Origin: Pseudogymnoascus verrucosus
Taxonomy: Eukaryota
Direction: 5' to 3' (one strand)
NCBI GenBank assembly: GCA_001662655.1
Contig: KV460218.1
DNA length: 64,000 nucleotides
The notes beneath the pieces were generated by a model that saw nothing but the letters and a program-made list of their open reading frames with translations, was not told where the DNA came from and made no database searches. Below are positions 23,935 through 37,542 of the stretch, piece after piece. The translations under genes were made by a program, and so were the position numbers. How positions within the stretch are numbered: position 1 is the first letter of the stretch; each line of letters begins with the position of its first letter.

Positions 23935-25364
23935 TTACAACACGAGGCCTCTCTTCCTGGCCTCAGTCAAGGGCACGCAGGGAACTCCGACGTCGGAGAT
24001 ACCATCGCAAATGATCTCAGCCTCGCCCTTCGGGCTGTGAAGGTCGATCTCGCTCAGGTTGATGTTGTCACAGACAGCGTTAGGGCTACAAGTAAGCTTG
24101 GCGACCTGGCGTCCATTCTTGCCGCTCGACATGCCGGTGAAGTTCTTGAAGACGATGTCGTGGATGTCGACCCTGGATGGGTACTGGGAGCAGATCTCCG
24201 GCTTGACGTTGAAGTAGCAAGCATCGAGAACGATGGGCCAGTCGGTGTTGTCAACGTAGAAGTTCTTGAAGGTGACATTCTTGATGTATCCATAGCCGGC
24301 GGTTGGGCCAGCCCATGCCTTAAGGCGGGCACCGTTCTAGAAGATTGTCAGTTATTTGCACTTGGTGGATTTTGGGCTGGTGACAAACCTCAGCGTTCAA
24401 CATGATCACGTTCTCGATGTAAGCGTTCTCTATGTAATCCTTGACGCCTTCATACTGGCCAATGCTGCCCATAGAGATACCGTGGGTGCCGTTGCAGTAG
24501 ATGTTGGAGACGAAGATGTTGGAGGTGTTGGGCTTGGGGGAGAAGCAGTCGTCACCAATGTTAACCCAGGCATTGCGAACGGTCAGGCCGTCCACATTGT
24601 AGGAATCCCAGCCGTCGGTGTTCTTGGGCAGGTTCTCGTTGGTGGACAAGTTCTCAATGATGACGTTGTCGTAAACAACATTCTTGGAGGTCACGACGAA
24701 GTTAGTCCAGATAGGAGAGCCGGTGAATTTGATACCCTCAATGAAGAGGTTGGTGGCGTTCTGTGCATAGAAGAGGATGGGTCTGAGGTAGGTGTTATCG
24801 GGGTCCTGCTTTTTATTAGTTATCATTCAGGAATTAAGACTTTCTGCAATAACTTACAAGGACTTCGAGTCCAGCAAATCCATCGTACCACTTCTGTCCG
24901 TTACCATTGAGAGTTCCGGTGCCGAAGATTCTGATGTCCTTGCCTCCCCATTGCCAGAAAGAGATACTCTTCTGGAATGGATGAGCAAAGTAGTTGTTTT
25001 GCCAGTACTCAATGTCGTCTGTGAACTTGATCTCTCCATCAAGCTGCACCTGGACGTCATCCAAGAAGGTCAAATCGAGCTTCCTGCCAATGACGAACTT
25101 CTTGCCCGCGGGGAGAACAAGAGTTCCACCGTGGTTGGCTTCCTTCAGTCCCTGGAGGAACTCGCAAGACCTGTCATCAGTGTCGCTGTGGGACTCTGGG
25201 ATGTAGACCTTCTTGCGCTTATCTGGGCCCGGGTGGGTGTACGGGTAGAAGCGGCGGTATTCGTCTACGGTGCGAGGGCCGAGATAGCTCGCATCCATAT
25301 GGGCTGCCTCGGTGATGGCAAGGAGAGAGGCAACAAGGCCTAGGGCGGGAAGTTTGAAAAACAT
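23935..25364 (-). CDS. Secreted glycoside hydrolase family 28, exo-acting (RgxB-like / exo-polygalacturonase-like)
   Basis: Exons 25364-24858, 24805-24389, 24336-23935. GH28 motifs NTDGWD, GDDC, GTHGISMGS, RLKAW; signal peptide. Confidence 0.92.
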
Positions 25365-28300
25365 GATGCCGATGAGGAGGAAAGCTGGCTCAGTGGACTG
25401 CGAGGCTGAAATAGCAAAAAGTGACGCATGGCGAGGCTATAAGGACCTGCCAAGATGGGTAATGAAGAGAGCAGTAATTCGGTTCTTCCCAGCCAAGCCA
25501 TATCGGAGATGGAATGATGAGAATGTCCACCTATCGGTGGATATGCCGCCTATATTGCCATGCCGCGAGAAGTTGGGGAGTTGGGGTAAAAGCGAGATAA
25601 GATCGCCATGTCTAACCTTACCCCTGCGGCTCGTTATTGGCATGCGGGGAAGGACCACACGGAAGCCAGGAGCACGCCGGGGATGACAAAAGCAGATGGC
25701 TTGATGCAAACGCGTGCATACCGCCAGTGATAAACAAATTGGAGAGAGACGCGAGTGAAAGAACGCAGTAGAAAGTACTCAACTGGAAACGCGCCTTGCT
25801 GGGAGTCACAAGCCGTCGTAATATCAATCGAGAAACTACCACTTACCAAGTATGTCGTCTGGGCACTGCACTGTATTGAGGTAGTCTAAGCAGACGCCAC
25901 GGTGAACCTCCTAGAGTACTCCACAGTTTATGCCAATCTCCGCCTTGGGGTAAGTAAGATTTTGCCTAGGCCGGCGTAAATATGACTGCCGTGGTTGAGG
26001 CTACGAAGCTTTGTTCACCCTCCGTCGTTCCCCACCGGGCGTCTGATTGGAGCGAAATTAGTGGTCCAGATATTATTCCGACGCCCACATCACATCAACA
26101 CTGCTGGCGGCTTGGTATTAAGTAAGGTATTCGATCCTAACCAGCCATTTTCCAACTTGAAGTAGAAATCCAACAGCTGGGCGGTTTCTAGAAGCGAAAT
26201 ACGAGATCCGGTGCCTGGATTTGGTTGTGGTCGGGCCATGCTTACCCCATACGCCACTGTCTCCCACAGCCGAAGATTTCCTCCGTCATTGCCAAAAGCG
26301 GGGGCGGGGCCACGGATTCTCGACTCCGTGGTAGTTGATATGGACAATCTTTATGGACTTAAGAGGCTCCAAGACTGCAATCTTAATATTTCTTTCCGTC
26401 TTCCTCGGGGTGGAGTCAATTGTAAAGAATGCCACGCTTCCAAGGCTCGGGTGGCAACTCTTGTGTGAGAAGTGCAGTTATCCGCTTGGTTCCCCGCGCT
26501 TTTGGCAGCGCCGAGATATCATTGTGCATAGGGTACTATAGAGTGCGTGCGTCGACAGCGGAAATGGTCCGAACAAGATAGAGACCAACAGTTTATTTTC
26601 CATATTGTATCCAGGCACAGTTGTACTCTGTGAGACGGTGTATTTTTGCTGACGTAGCTGGCGAAGCGACCATGTTAATTGGGAACGACCACTGCTCCTT
26701 CCTAGACACATATTGACCCTAAATATAACCCGCAGATCGCAGCTGTACGTGTAAACAAATCCAGTATAATAATATGGTCTCACGGAAGGAACGGCACGCA
26801 ACATTTTTCTGTTGTTTTGATCAAGTCCCAGGGACGGACTAGGACCCGACAATTTTAGGCGTGATATGTGATGGATGGGTGGTGCCATCATTCTGGTTCT
26901 TTGCAATTACATCCCCTCGCTATTACAACCCACACGAAGCCCAGCACCCAACCCCGTGTGCTATTTGTCCTCCTTGAAAGGCTTACACCATTTATGGCTT
27001 GCTATTTGCCAGTAATCGCGCGCTTCAACTCGTGTATTTATCTGCAGCTTACACGATAAGGGTCTTATGTGATACATAGCACAGGTCATACATACGAGTA
27101 CAGTACCCTGATTACAACAACACTCTGTTACTAACTCTGCATGATAGAAAACCATCAGCTCTACCGTCTATATCCCATCCTCATCTTTGCTCATTTTAAC
27201 AATACCTTGTCAAACTATAGAATTGGTCACAACCCTATAGTCGCATGGTTCTAAGCTGTGTGAAGCGAGGAACGCATGCATTCTACATGTGATGGTGGCA
27301 CGGGGGGCGTCAAGCCACTGAGCACCACATCAGCGACGCCGTGCTATTATACTGTACCTCCCAGTATTTTAGATCTAGATTTCGGGAGATTTTGCATCTG
27401 TCGTGACTATCTGCATGGTAACCAGGCATTTCCCCGAGTTTGGAGCGGAAACTAATGTTGTTCTCTCCTAACAGATGGATATCTAGGCTTTGAAAGCGCG
27501 AGGGGAAACAAATTTGACGGTAAAAATTGCAACCAGGGTTTATCTTCCCGTCATCGATTTTGCTTACGCACAGCGTTTCATCGGATTGGATGTTTCGATG
27601 CTTTTAATATATATTTCGAAGCTTCAAAATAGTCTTGGTCCACACAGGACCCATGGACCTTAATGTGGTTCACTGGGCCACTCTGACTTTTAATATGGTA
27701 CTCACGCCCTCTCAGCCGTTGTAACCACAGACTTAAGCTTGAGCAACAGAGTTGTCGTGCATTTCGACGGATGTGGGCGATGTCTTAAAATATGTTGGCT
27801 GTCAGTACCAAGGCTTGACACGGCCCGGATGTGGGTATTGGGGGGGGAGATAAACGAGACATTGACAGCGGCATCGGCAGTTGAAGACCCCCTTTCATCC
27901 GAAGTGAAAAGACATTCCTTACGGCTTCTACGAAAGAAAGTTTAAGATTATGGAGATCCAACAGATCCCACGATTCCGCGCTGCAAAGAACGATCGCCAC
28001 ATCTCGAATCCTCTCGTTATCTTGCCCATTCGTGCCTGTCAAATACGGTCCGAGAATGCCTCCGGACGTCGCCATCCCCACCACGTGGGGTTAAACATCG
28101 GTGATCATGCCCCAGGAATGGATGTCGCCGACGCATCTTTCATGGATTAGGGTGTGCACGGTGCTACGAGATAGCACAATACGCTTCACATGTGACTTCC
28201 CCTCCTGCCATCTTGAGCCGTTGTGAGACTGCCCTGCGATGTCGTGAGAGGATCTTAGAGCTAATATAGCCTCGCGACTGTCCTTTCGGCCCTGTTACCT

Positions 28301-28485
28301 ATCCACGTGGTATTGATAATGGCGGGCTATTATATACTATAAGGGAACGTTGACAGCGTCCCTCGGGCCTGTTAACGTTACACGTGGAGACGACTGGGCA
28401 GTATATATCTGACGAAGGAACCCAGCGGCAGGGAAACCGAATTGTCAAGATAAGCTGGAAGACTCTGAAAAATACCAGAGCCAAG

Positions 28486-29472
28486 ATGGTCGCCAACTCG
28501 TTTACCGCGAGATGCCTCGGCGTTGCCGCCCTCCTTACCGGGGCCCAAGCCGTCACCACCTTCACCGACGCGCAGATGAATGCCTATCTCAGCTCGGGAG
28601 GCACTGACCTGGCCTACGCTTACGCACCGTAAGGGTTCCTCCTCTGCCCCTCCTACCGCATCTCACGCCCCACAGTGTCTTCTTCTTCTCCCAATCCCAA
28701 AAGCAGGTCCCCACGTACCCCACCTGGGCCTTCCGCGGCTCGCCCGACACGCCCGACATCTACGACCTCGCGCACCAGACCATCCCAGCGCCGCAATGCC
28801 AGTACCCGAACGTTGGGTGCAACAGCCGCAACCCGGGCGTGCCGATTGGCAACCAGGGTCCACGCTTCCCGGTTTACTTCACCACGAAGAAATGCAGTGA
28901 CACCGAGGTTCGCGTCGTGTACAATCTGTACTACCAGAAGGACGGCGCAAAGGTCCTATTCGTCGACACTGGACACGAGCATGACTGGGAGCGCGTTATC
29001 GTCATCCACACCCGTGATGCCAGCTCTACCTGGATGCCCACCCGTGCTCTGTACTCCGCCCACAGCGGATACAGCTCCCACAACTGGAACGACATCCAGA
29101 ACACCTTGACGTAAACTCTCCCCCTCCCCCTATCAGCCAATCCCACTAACACCTCACAGCACTGCAGACGCCGAGGCTGGCAAGGGTCCCGAGCCCAACG
29201 GCCTGCGTGGCCTGGACCACCCCAAGGCGTACGTCTCGTGGTCGAAGCATGCGCACTACCACGACCGCAACACGGGGTGGAACGATGCCATCTCTCAGTC
29301 TACTGAGAACGCTTTCCGTGGCCAGGACTGGTGGAAGTTCGTCGAGAAGCGTGACTTCATCCAGTCGGATATCGAGACGGCGGCCGGGAAGGCGCTGGAT
29401 GCGGCGAATTGGGGGAGCGCGACGAGCGATCCGGTGATTGTTGAGGATCAGGTTTGCACGGCGAGTGGTTAG
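28486..29472 (+). CDS. Secreted NPP1-domain (Nep1-like) protein, probably divergent type 3
   Basis: Exons 28486-28628, 28676-29110, 29160-29472 join in frame. Signal peptide; YNLYYQKDG..GHEHDWE (variant of GHRHDWE), YSAHSGY, HPKAYVSWSKHA, NWGSA. Confidence 0.88.
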
Positions 29473-30157
29473 ATTTGTTGCGAGAGAGTGCGGGGGGAGC
29501 CTTATATCTATTTCCTTTTTTGCGAGTGTTGCGGGAAAGATAAAATCTATTATTTTATATACCTACGCTCATTTCTTGACGTCTGTAGCCATGGGGGGTG
29601 GTGATGATATACGTACGTGACTCATACGTTTATTTATATGACCTACGAAGCCTCCTCGGTATGGGATGCAGTCACAAGAGACCCAGGTAAATCCTGTATT
29701 TGGTGGCCAACCCTTTGGGAGTGGCGGCGATTCTGGAGGCATGGTGTTTAACTTGCATCACGTATAAGGGACATATCTCGGTCCTACAGCCCTTCCACTT
29801 GTTACGGGTAATGATGGCATACCGTCACTGTAATCTTGTCACTGTGCACTGGTCTCTCACCACCCCATACCCACCAGTGGGATCTTGTCACCGCGAGCCA
29901 GCCCCGCACCGAGCCAGCCCCGTAGCGTGCCTACCCTCACAAGACATTTCAGGGTAATGGCCGGCTACTACCCACAATCACGATTGTCTGGACTGCCTTA
30001 GATACGCAGAAGTCTGCGACACAGGTCTTATTCTCTAACTCTTTCCCTTCATTAAACTTGGAATTGAGATACGAACATCAAATGCATCGATTCTCTCGTT
30101 ATCAACCTTTGTGCACTCAATCATCTTCCATAAGAGTGGCTCGAATGCATTTCTCAT

Positions 30158-30285
30158 AGTTACTCTCTAGGCTCATACCGACCCTTTAGCCCTTTGAACA
30201 GCTTCGCCTTATACAGCACCACCACATGCCGCTGGGTCCGTAGTGCCTCTAACAGCAGCTCCATCGCGCCGTTACCAGGGTAGTC
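30158..30285 (-). pseudogene. Isolated fragment paralogous to the 9441-10748 gene
   Basis: Reverse complement aligns without gaps to 10458-10585 (102/128 identical by hand count). It reads DYPGNGAMELLLEALRTQRHVVVLYKAKLFKGLKGRYEPRE* versus DYSDNGAIELLKEALRTQRHVIVLPKAKLFRGPKGRYEPGEE. Confidence 0.9.
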
Positions 30286-32840
30286 CTTCTCCACCGCTAT
30301 ATGTTGTAGGAATCAGGGGACAATGGGTAGGCGAGATGGGAAGAGAAGGGGGTGAAGACAAAAATAAGAGATGGGGGAAAGAGGGGAAGGGAGAAGAGAA
30401 ACTATAACGAGGCGGAGATAAAGTAGAATAAACAGGGCGGAGAAAAGGTGTATACCCGAAATCAAAAACTAAATAAGCAACCGCTGATCAGGAATATCGC
30501 GTGTCTGAGTGTGTTGGTCAATTGGCGACATCTTCTGGGCATACATTGGACGTGGATGATTCAGACGGAAAAGTGGCTCGAGAGCCTGCAGAATCAACGA
30601 TGGTTCTCTCGTAGTGTGAACTTCATTTAGAAGCACTTGAGAGAGCACATTCATCTGTAGTTTGGTAATGTTGGACCTTCGACATAACAGGGGCATCTTT
30701 TTTTAGGTTATATATGGGTATGGGAATCGGTGGCGGTAGAGCTGGTGGGAAGGGAGACAGGAATGCGGGAGTATGACGAGAACATGGAGAAAAAGGGGGG
30801 AAATCGAGAAGAGAGAACTTTAGATATGGTGACAAAGTCGGAATTATACGAGATCTAGAGAAACGCAGCGAAAAGTCCCAGTACTAACTACAAATCCCAC
30901 AACCGATCATCCCTCCCTCACCCCCTTTACAAACCTCGGAGTCTATATATATCCACCCCCTCAACATTAACTTCACTTAAACCAACCAAGAAAAAACAAT
31001 ATTTCAAGCTTCCAGCAAGAGAAGCCACACCACCCGCCTCGATGAGCTCGATCCAGCGAGTCCATCATCGTCGGAGGAGAACACCTCCTTTTATTTTACC
31101 GCTACCTGAGAATGCTGTTGTTACGGGTATGCAACCGCTACTCTACGTTCCTGTCACCACTTCTCGCACCCACTGGTATAATCCTGTCACTGCACCCAAC
31201 CGTAAGATATGAGGCACAGACGTTAGGCATGGCGTCGTGGTATAGAGGACGTAGGATCCCGTGGCGTAGGGTGCGAATGCGTGTCTGTATAAAACGTGCC
31301 ATCAAACCAGTTGCTGTTCGGCGTTTTCTTGCGGATATCACGGACTCCATTTCTGATGTGTATTTAAGCCATATCAAAGGTGTCGGTCGTGTGCTCTGAT
31401 GTTCGCTCGGATGTTTCCAAGTACAGTATGTACTTTATATGTCACAGCTGCAATAGCGTAGGTTGGAATTTAGAGTCATAAAGTTAGCACTAGAGACGGC
31501 TGTGGTTGAAATGCCAAATGATCCTTGCTGCGCTGTCACCTGAGAATCCGATATCTACAAGACCTCCTGCGAGTGTGTTTGGAAGGTGTATCTTTGTCAT
31601 CCCTGTGTTATCTTGTCTTCTCTTGTCGCTCGGGGTGTGATTTAGGTGGATTTATTATTCTTGAGGGGGAAAAAATGCCAACACCCATTCATTGTTCTCA
31701 ACTATATTCGATTTGATAAATTAAAAAATATATATCTATTTAAACCACATACATCCTGGCTTCTTTCCCCTATCAAGATATGACAAAAAAACCCTAACAG
31801 ACCACCCACAGCGGGATCGCCTTGAGAGATACGAGTGCGCTTCTTTCGACCACCAGCATTGATATTGAGAGGTGTGTGGTGTTGTATGCGAAACACTTGT
31901 CGATATGATCCTGTCACCACCCACCATCTCACCTCCTCACCCCCCCACCACCGCTACACCCCCGTCACCGCAAACCCACCACCTCACGCCCAACTCACGG
32001 CATCCCGTCTTCTTCGCCTCCATAATCACGAGATTTGTCCCAAATGCCTGTTTTGCTTGACTCACGTAGAATAGGGAGTAATCCGCGAACCCAGAGAGGA
32101 TTCTCTCCTCACCCTCCACACCTCTCAATCCTGCGGAACTAATGATTTATCGCTCGGGTAGCACGTCTCTTGATTGATAGGAAGCTCATGGTTGGGTTGT
32201 CGCTCTTGCTACGTAAGGAGGGGTGTTATATATACGAAATCGAAGAAACTTCAACAGAGTGGCAGTAATGCAACTGATACCGAAGCGGCAGGCATTGAGA
32301 GAACAGATACCCTGACGGCTGCCATAAAGAAAGCCTCAAGAAAAGTGAGGAGGATGAAGCCCATTTCCACGACGCCCGAATTCTCGGTGGACGACGTATC
32401 CGCCCGCACAGTGTCAATCTACAATTCCATCCTAATTCTCACCGCTAAAAACTCTTGTCACCATCCAATCCCACCACCACCCACCCGCGTCACCACCACA
32501 CCCCTCCCGCCTCGCCGCCCATCCCATAACCTCGGCGTGGAAAAGGTCAACTGAAGTGCTCTGGCGCTCTGGCGCTCTGACACGGAAGAGACACAGCTCT
32601 GTCCGCACCCTTGTTCTTCCATCTGTTATGGAGCATTGTCCCAGATAGGAGGCTTGAGGATTAGATCGGCGGTTTGGGGGGGTTTATATTTTTTTTGTAT
32701 GGTTGTGTGTTTGGGATTGGATTTTTTTGGGGGATTGGGAGGTGTGTTTGAGGATCATTATTAAGTACAAATAGTACAATATTTACACACTATCCTCCCA
32801 TAGAACTTCATACAACAGCCTTATACAACCTTATACAACC

Positions 32841-34237
32841 TCAACTAGACTCAATACCATCCTCACCCACTACCCCTTCACCCACCACCGCCTCACCACT
32901 CCCCGCTCCCTCTCCCACTTCTGGACCAAATCCTTCTCCCCCATCTCCACTCTCCTCATCCTCACCCTCGCTCCCACTCTCCTCCTCCTCACTCTCCTCA
33001 TCCTCAGAACTACTCCCACTAGAACTAGTATCACTCACCACCACCTCCTCTCCCTCCTCCTCCTCCCCTCCCTCCTCCCCCTCCCTATCCTCCACCCCGT
33101 TCCCTCCTTCGATCTCGAAACACCCAGGTAAAGAGGCACCAGCAGGAAAAACATAGACCCTCGGGAACTCCAATATCACTCTCCCCCCTAATTGTGTGTC
33201 TAACCCTTCGTCGCTACGGAGGGGTATGAGGACCGTGGGGCCGGAGGAGAGGGTTAGGGGTCGGTGGAGGTAGAATGTGTAGGGGCTTTGGGGTTGGGTT
33301 TGTGGTTGTGTGGGTGCGGGTGCAGGTGTGGGATTTTGAGATTCCACTCCAGCATCGGCGGTGGTAATATCCGCCTGCACCTCTCCCTCCACCGTCGACG
33401 CCTCATCCGTACCCGTTCCTGCCTCCGCCCGTGGAGCCGCCTCAACACCAGGCGAAGCCGAAGGTGACGTCTTAACCCTCTCTCAGCAACTTCAACAGCC
33501 CTCCTCTTCTTCTCCCCCGCCTTCTCCTCCGGCGTCAAGGCTGCGCGACGTGTTTCCTCCAGGAAAGCGGTGTATGCCTCGTCGAGCGGGGTGGTGGCGA
33601 GGATTTTGCTTAGGGGGCCTAGCATCCCCGGTACAGTCGGTGTGGTTGCAGTGGGTACGGTAGAAGTGTTAGACGTGCTGGAGGCGTCGGCGGGAGCCAC
33701 CCACTCAACCTGCCACACCAGACATCCCCGTTTCTTACTCCAACTCGTCCCATTCGCCTTCCTCCTCCCCATCCCCATCGGCAACCTCTCCCACCTAACC
33801 CCCTTCTGGCTTATCTCCCTCCCAACCTTCCTCTCCGCCTCCCCTCCCTCCCCCCCATATCCCCCCCTCCCCCCTCCTCCTCCTCCTCCCCTTCCCCCCC
33901 TCCCCCCCCCTCTCCTCTCCTCCCTCCCAAACCCCGGACCCCCCCTAACATCCCCACTACCAACCAACCCCCCCTCAACAGCCACCTTATCACTCCTCTC
34001 CACACCCCTCTCAATTTTACTCAAGAAGTTGAAATCATGGTCTATCCCGGCCGGCGTAGCGAGGTCGCGCATAGGCTTGTAAACTGTTGGATCCCGGAGA
34101 CCGGAACAGTCTGCGCGGCGCTTGTGGGTTTGCACGCAGGTTAGGCTGCAGGAGCGGAGGGAGCAGCGGGGGCAGGTGTAGAGGGGGGGGAGGAGGTGGC
34201 AGGTTTGGCAGAGGGTGTGGAGGGGGGGGTCGTCCAT
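32841..34237 (-). CDS. BCD1: Box C/D snoRNA protein 1 (zf-HIT; BCD1/ZNHIT6) with an apparent frameshift near 33480
   Basis: HIT zinc finger CQTC..YTCPRCSLRSCSLTCVQTHKRRADCSGLRDPT, IDHDFNFL, WQVEWV in frame 1; C-terminal YTFYLHRP..VLIPL..GRVILEFPRVYV in frame 2. Confidence 0.85.
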
Positions 34238-37200
34238 TGTGTATGAGCGTGCCGTTGTGTGGGCGTGCGTGTGTTTGGGGGTTGTGAGGTGGTGGGCGTA
34301 CGTCTGGGTATTGTTTAGGTGGTGTTTGTGTGGGGGTATTGTGTGTGCTGGTTGTGTGTATAAACTGTATCGTCGTGTCTGTCGGTGCTTCGACTCGTAG
34401 CTTTGTAGGATCGCGCGTGTAGCTCTAGCTCAATGGCTCTTTCCTCAATTATATTCGTTCTCTGCCTCGCGTGAGATGAAGACTGTCGCTGTTCGATGAG
34501 AGGGTCTTGAGCTGTACAGATCGCTCAATGGGTATCTTTTGCCGTCGTCGTCTGTCTAGCTGTGTTGTTGTGTCGTCGCAACTGCCAAAACGATGATGAT
34601 GGTATTCGCAGAACTTTCTTCAAGAAACCTTCTTTCTCGGAATGTAGAATATAAACCCCAAATAACGTGCTCTTCCTCTTGCGCCTCCAATTCACAAAAT
34701 ATCCCTCTTGAACAAAGCACTCGTCTCGTTGTATCTACGTCGTCGTGGATCTCTAATCCTGCGCCTCTCCAAAAAAAGTCCCCGATAAGAAAACAACCTT
34801 CCAGTCTAATTTCTTATCGCCCTAATCCACTCATCACGTGACACAACCTCTCAAACACCGCAAACAACCACCCTTCGGTACGTACCTTCCCTCAACTTTT
34901 CCTGTCTGGCGGCCATCCATCAACTCCCGGCCGCCGTCCACGCTGGTGGATCCACCCCCGAACGAGAACCAGCACACAAAGCGCGCCCACACGCGTCTCG
35001 GATACTGCGACGACGGCGGACGGGCTGCCCCGTCCGTTCGTTGGTCGTTGTCTCGGGTGGAGGCGATTGGCCAATCGGGGGGAGGTTGGTTTATGGGCTA
35101 CGGGGCGTACGGGGGAGGAAGTGGGAGGAAGAGTGGGAAATCATGGCTGGAAAATGATGGATTGGGGATCGGCGCGGCGAAGGGGTGTTTTCTTTGCTAG
35201 TACGCAGCTGGAGGTGGAGGGAGCTGGAGGATGAGGCGGATTTGGGGTGGATGCAAGCACTTACCAATTACTGGAGACTGGAAGTTAGCGGCCTACCTTA
35301 GGCCCTAGGCTACGACTGCCGGGCTGGTTGATGAAGAATCCTCAGCTCACCTCGCATCTCCCACCCGACTCGTCAAGCCGGTCGTCGATCCCAGGGACGT
35401 GGTAGAGACGAGACAGACGGGCCTTGTTGGTGTCTTGCACAGTGTCTAGGACACCAACAGATGGGCTGGGGAACTGAATTCGTGGCGGTGGTCATGTATA
35501 ATACAGTGAGTTATGATATGGGAATGTGTGTGCTGTTTTGGATATCTCCCATGGCGTGGTGAGGGGGAAGGTTCTGTCATAATGACTGACTGATGCTCCG
35601 AGATGTCTTGTCTGATATCCGCTGTCTTTGGCTGGTCTGACGGGACCCTTGGGGTATCTGCACTTCCTCCCCGCTGTAGTATCCGGGGAGATACTGAAGG
35701 TGATGGCGGTGGTGGTGGTCGTCAGTTATCACCCTCTCTCCCGTCCGTCAGAGTCAGGACCCCGACATCCATCACCTGCATATCCAAGTTTATTTCCTAC
35801 AACTGAGTGAGCGAGTGAGTGCGTATACCGGCATAGCATAGCATATGCAGTTCTTCAGCACCACCAGCATCAACAACACCTGCAGTCGTTTCTATATCGC
35901 ATTACATTAGCACACTGCACAATACCACGCTGCTACGATACTTTACTGCGATACCCAGAATACCACGATACCGCGATACCAACCGGTACGTCCTGTAGTC
36001 TCGCCCCATCCATAACTGTTCATCCGTTTCACCCTCCCCCACCCACCGCGTCGACCGTGCGCGAGTGGCGCTGTATGTCAATCACCTCCCCCTCCCAGCG
36101 TAGCGAGCGTCGGCGGTGGTAAGTGCCGTGATAGACAGTAATCTCGGTTTCCTCGGTCCCCGTAGACCCTGAGATTTCGCCATTTTTGTGGTGAGTACAC
36201 GAGTAGACGGATCGGCAGGGTAGTGCGTGCTGCTGGGTGGACGATCAAACGTGGTGAGTTGCGCTGGGAGTGAGTGGATGGATGGGGATGGGGGTGCACG
36301 TGTGGAGGGAACAGTGCGATGATGGTGATAGGAACGGTGATTGAGAGGGTAGGGGGATGTGAGTGAGTGTGGTGAGATGGGGTGTGATGAGTGGTGTGAT
36401 AGGGGATGGGGGACGGGTGATGGGGTGTGATGGGGATGGGGATAGGGTGTGATGGGTGCGATGGGTGTGATGGGAAGAGACCGACTGGTCGTGGTGGTGC
36501 TCGGTAGGAGCCCGAGGGGAAGGATGAGGGATGGGCGAAGGATTTTTGAGGGGAGCTGGGGGGAGCTGAGACGATAAGGAGAGGAACACGGGGATTGAAT
36601 TGTGCTGCTATGCGAACTGTGCACTGTGCACTGGTTTATGCTCTACAGCGGCATATACCCATCCTCGCAAAAAGCATTACAAAAACACGTGACCCGCCCT
36701 CCTCCTCCTCCTCCTCTTTTTACCCGTATTATAAACCAGCGTCGTACTGTAGTGGAAAGTCGTTCCCAAGTCCCCGTTTACTTCCTCCCCCCTCATCCTA
36801 TACCTAATCCAGCCTAGCCCCACTGCAATCTTAGGGGATGCAACAGGGATGTAACAGGGATCCCACCACGGCCGGCTCAGGAACGGGCAGCAGGTGGGGT
36901 GGGTTGCAGCGGGGCTAGGCGGGATTGGGGATGGGGCGCGGGGGGAGCGGATGGATGGGAGGGTGTTTGGTGTGGTGGGGTGGGTGTGCTGCGACGCCCG
37001 TTTCTTTTAGTTGGGAGACGGTTGATGGGTTTGTAGGGGGTGGTTGTAGGGGAGCAGTGCTGGGGGAAAAGCAATTTTTTGGGTGGAGGCACTGGGAGAG
37101 ACAAACGGAGTGGCAAACGGGAGTCGGTGATGGCGATGATGTCTGAGATGCTGCGGGAGAGGGACGGCGGGATTGTTTATTGTGGGATAGTATGGAACAT

Positions 37201-37474
37201 AGTAGATAGATAGTAGAATAGTTGAGTAGAGTAAATAGAATGCGTATACAATAAATAACTCCTCATAACAATGGCACCACAGCAGCAACAACAAACAAGC
37301 AAAGGGGGCATACAGCATACAGTACAAAATGTCCGTGTAGTAGCACTACAGGTACACATTTCTAGCCCACTGCTGCTCTGCTAAACCTGTCGTGTACCTT
37401 ACAGCCGTACTAACAGGACAAGTATTAGCTGTACCACCACACAACACGGGGTTGTCAGTCAACCACTAGACCAC

Positions 37475-37542
37475 CTCCCCTACAATCCTCTACTCCCCTA
37501 CAGCCCTCTACTCCCCTACAATCCTCTACTCCCCTACAATCC
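37475..37542. repeat. 18-bp minisatellite CTCCCCTACAATCCTCTA, about 3.8 copies
   Basis: Units at 37475, 37493, 37511 and 37529; the second copy has two substitutions. Confidence 0.9.

Noticed and set aside
30469..30835. Small minus-strand ORFs behind a TATA-like element; possible snoRNA or small gene
   Set aside because: No recognisable protein motif, splice structure or convincing paired C/D or H/ACA boxes.
31835..32554. Short plus-strand ORFs that might be a decayed gene
   Set aside because: No family could be recognised and no consistent exon structure could be built.
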